DNA from: Nanobdellota archaeon | GTDB lineage: Archaea; Nanobdellota; Nanobdellia; Woesearchaeales; JAHWHD01 | Assembly: GCA_034722435.1 (NCBI GenBank) | Contig: JAYENX010000029.1 | Span: 1 to 13,836 of the forward strand | Direction of reading: 5' to 3' | Length of the DNA stretch: 13,836 nucleotides | Part shown: positions 13,694-13,836 of the stretch, piece after piece | Position numbering within the stretch: position 1 is the first letter of the stretch | Layout of the letters: each line of letters starts with the position of its first letter | Position numbers and translations under genes: made by a program | The notes under the pieces: model-generated | What the model was told of the DNA's origin: nothing | The model's database searches: none | Seen by the model: only the letters and a program-made list of their open reading frames with translations

Positions 13694-13836
13694 AAATAGT
13701 TCCTCTTTGTATTTCCTACGAATATGAACCATGTGATATAGAGAAGGTTAAGGAGCTTTATAATAAAAAGAAAGATAAAAATTATAAAAAAACCCGATTA
13801 GACGACCTAATGAGCATGAGCAGAGGAATGACTACT
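13666..13836 (+). pseudogene. Start-less fragment resembling the C-terminal half of a bacterial PlsC-family glycerol-phosphate acyltransferase (runs off the right edge)
   Basis: Not in the ORF track. The -1 frame relative to the kinase is open for 57 codons: RIVENFKELKIVPLCISYEYEPCDIEKVKELY...YKKTRLDDLMSMSRG. This matches my recollection of the Bacteroidota/Gammaproteobacteria motif L.IVP.SISYEYDPCD..K..E...Y.K...DD..SM..G. It is closed upstream by stops at 13657 and 13663. Confidence 0.6.

Noticed and set aside
1-13836. CRISPR array, IS element, integrase or DGR
   Set aside because: No regularly spaced short repeats, terminal inverted repeats, transposase, recombinase or reverse-transcriptase motifs were seen. 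The only long repeat is the 2922-3501 gene duplication.
1-13836. Apparent G/T excess on the + strand as evidence of foreign DNA
   Set aside because: By eye it affects core and accessory genes alike (T/G-ending codons on +, A/C-ending on -), which is more simply explained by replication strand bias. Not quantified.

Overview
AT-rich archaeal genomic window, most likely DPANN (Woesearchaeota-like; the lineage is an inference). Archaeal markers are present (eL21, Rpo4/F, DUF655, ZPR1-like Zn finger, archaeal SepF), mixed with bacterial-looking metabolic genes and several orphans. Left half: partial HAD hydrolase, secreted orphan, HTH-CBS regulator, bacterial/eukaryote-type metK, a tandem gene duplication (short copy plus full-length copy), a minus-strand operon mtnP - YdeN-like hydrolase - maf::apt (one fused ORF), and a divergent tsaA/trmO. 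Together these suggest a SAM / MTA / adenine-recycling neighbourhood. Right half: orphan, ZPR1-like gene and sepF, rpl21e-rpo4-DUF655, a ~240-nt GC-enriched non-coding island with strong + strand secondary structure (candidate unknown ncRNA), two orphans, a divergent methyltransferase / APH-family kinase pair, and a start-less acyltransferase-like reading frame overlapping the kinase 3' end at the window edge. I saw no tRNA, rRNA, CRISPR array or transposase. All family assignments come from motif recognition, not database searches.
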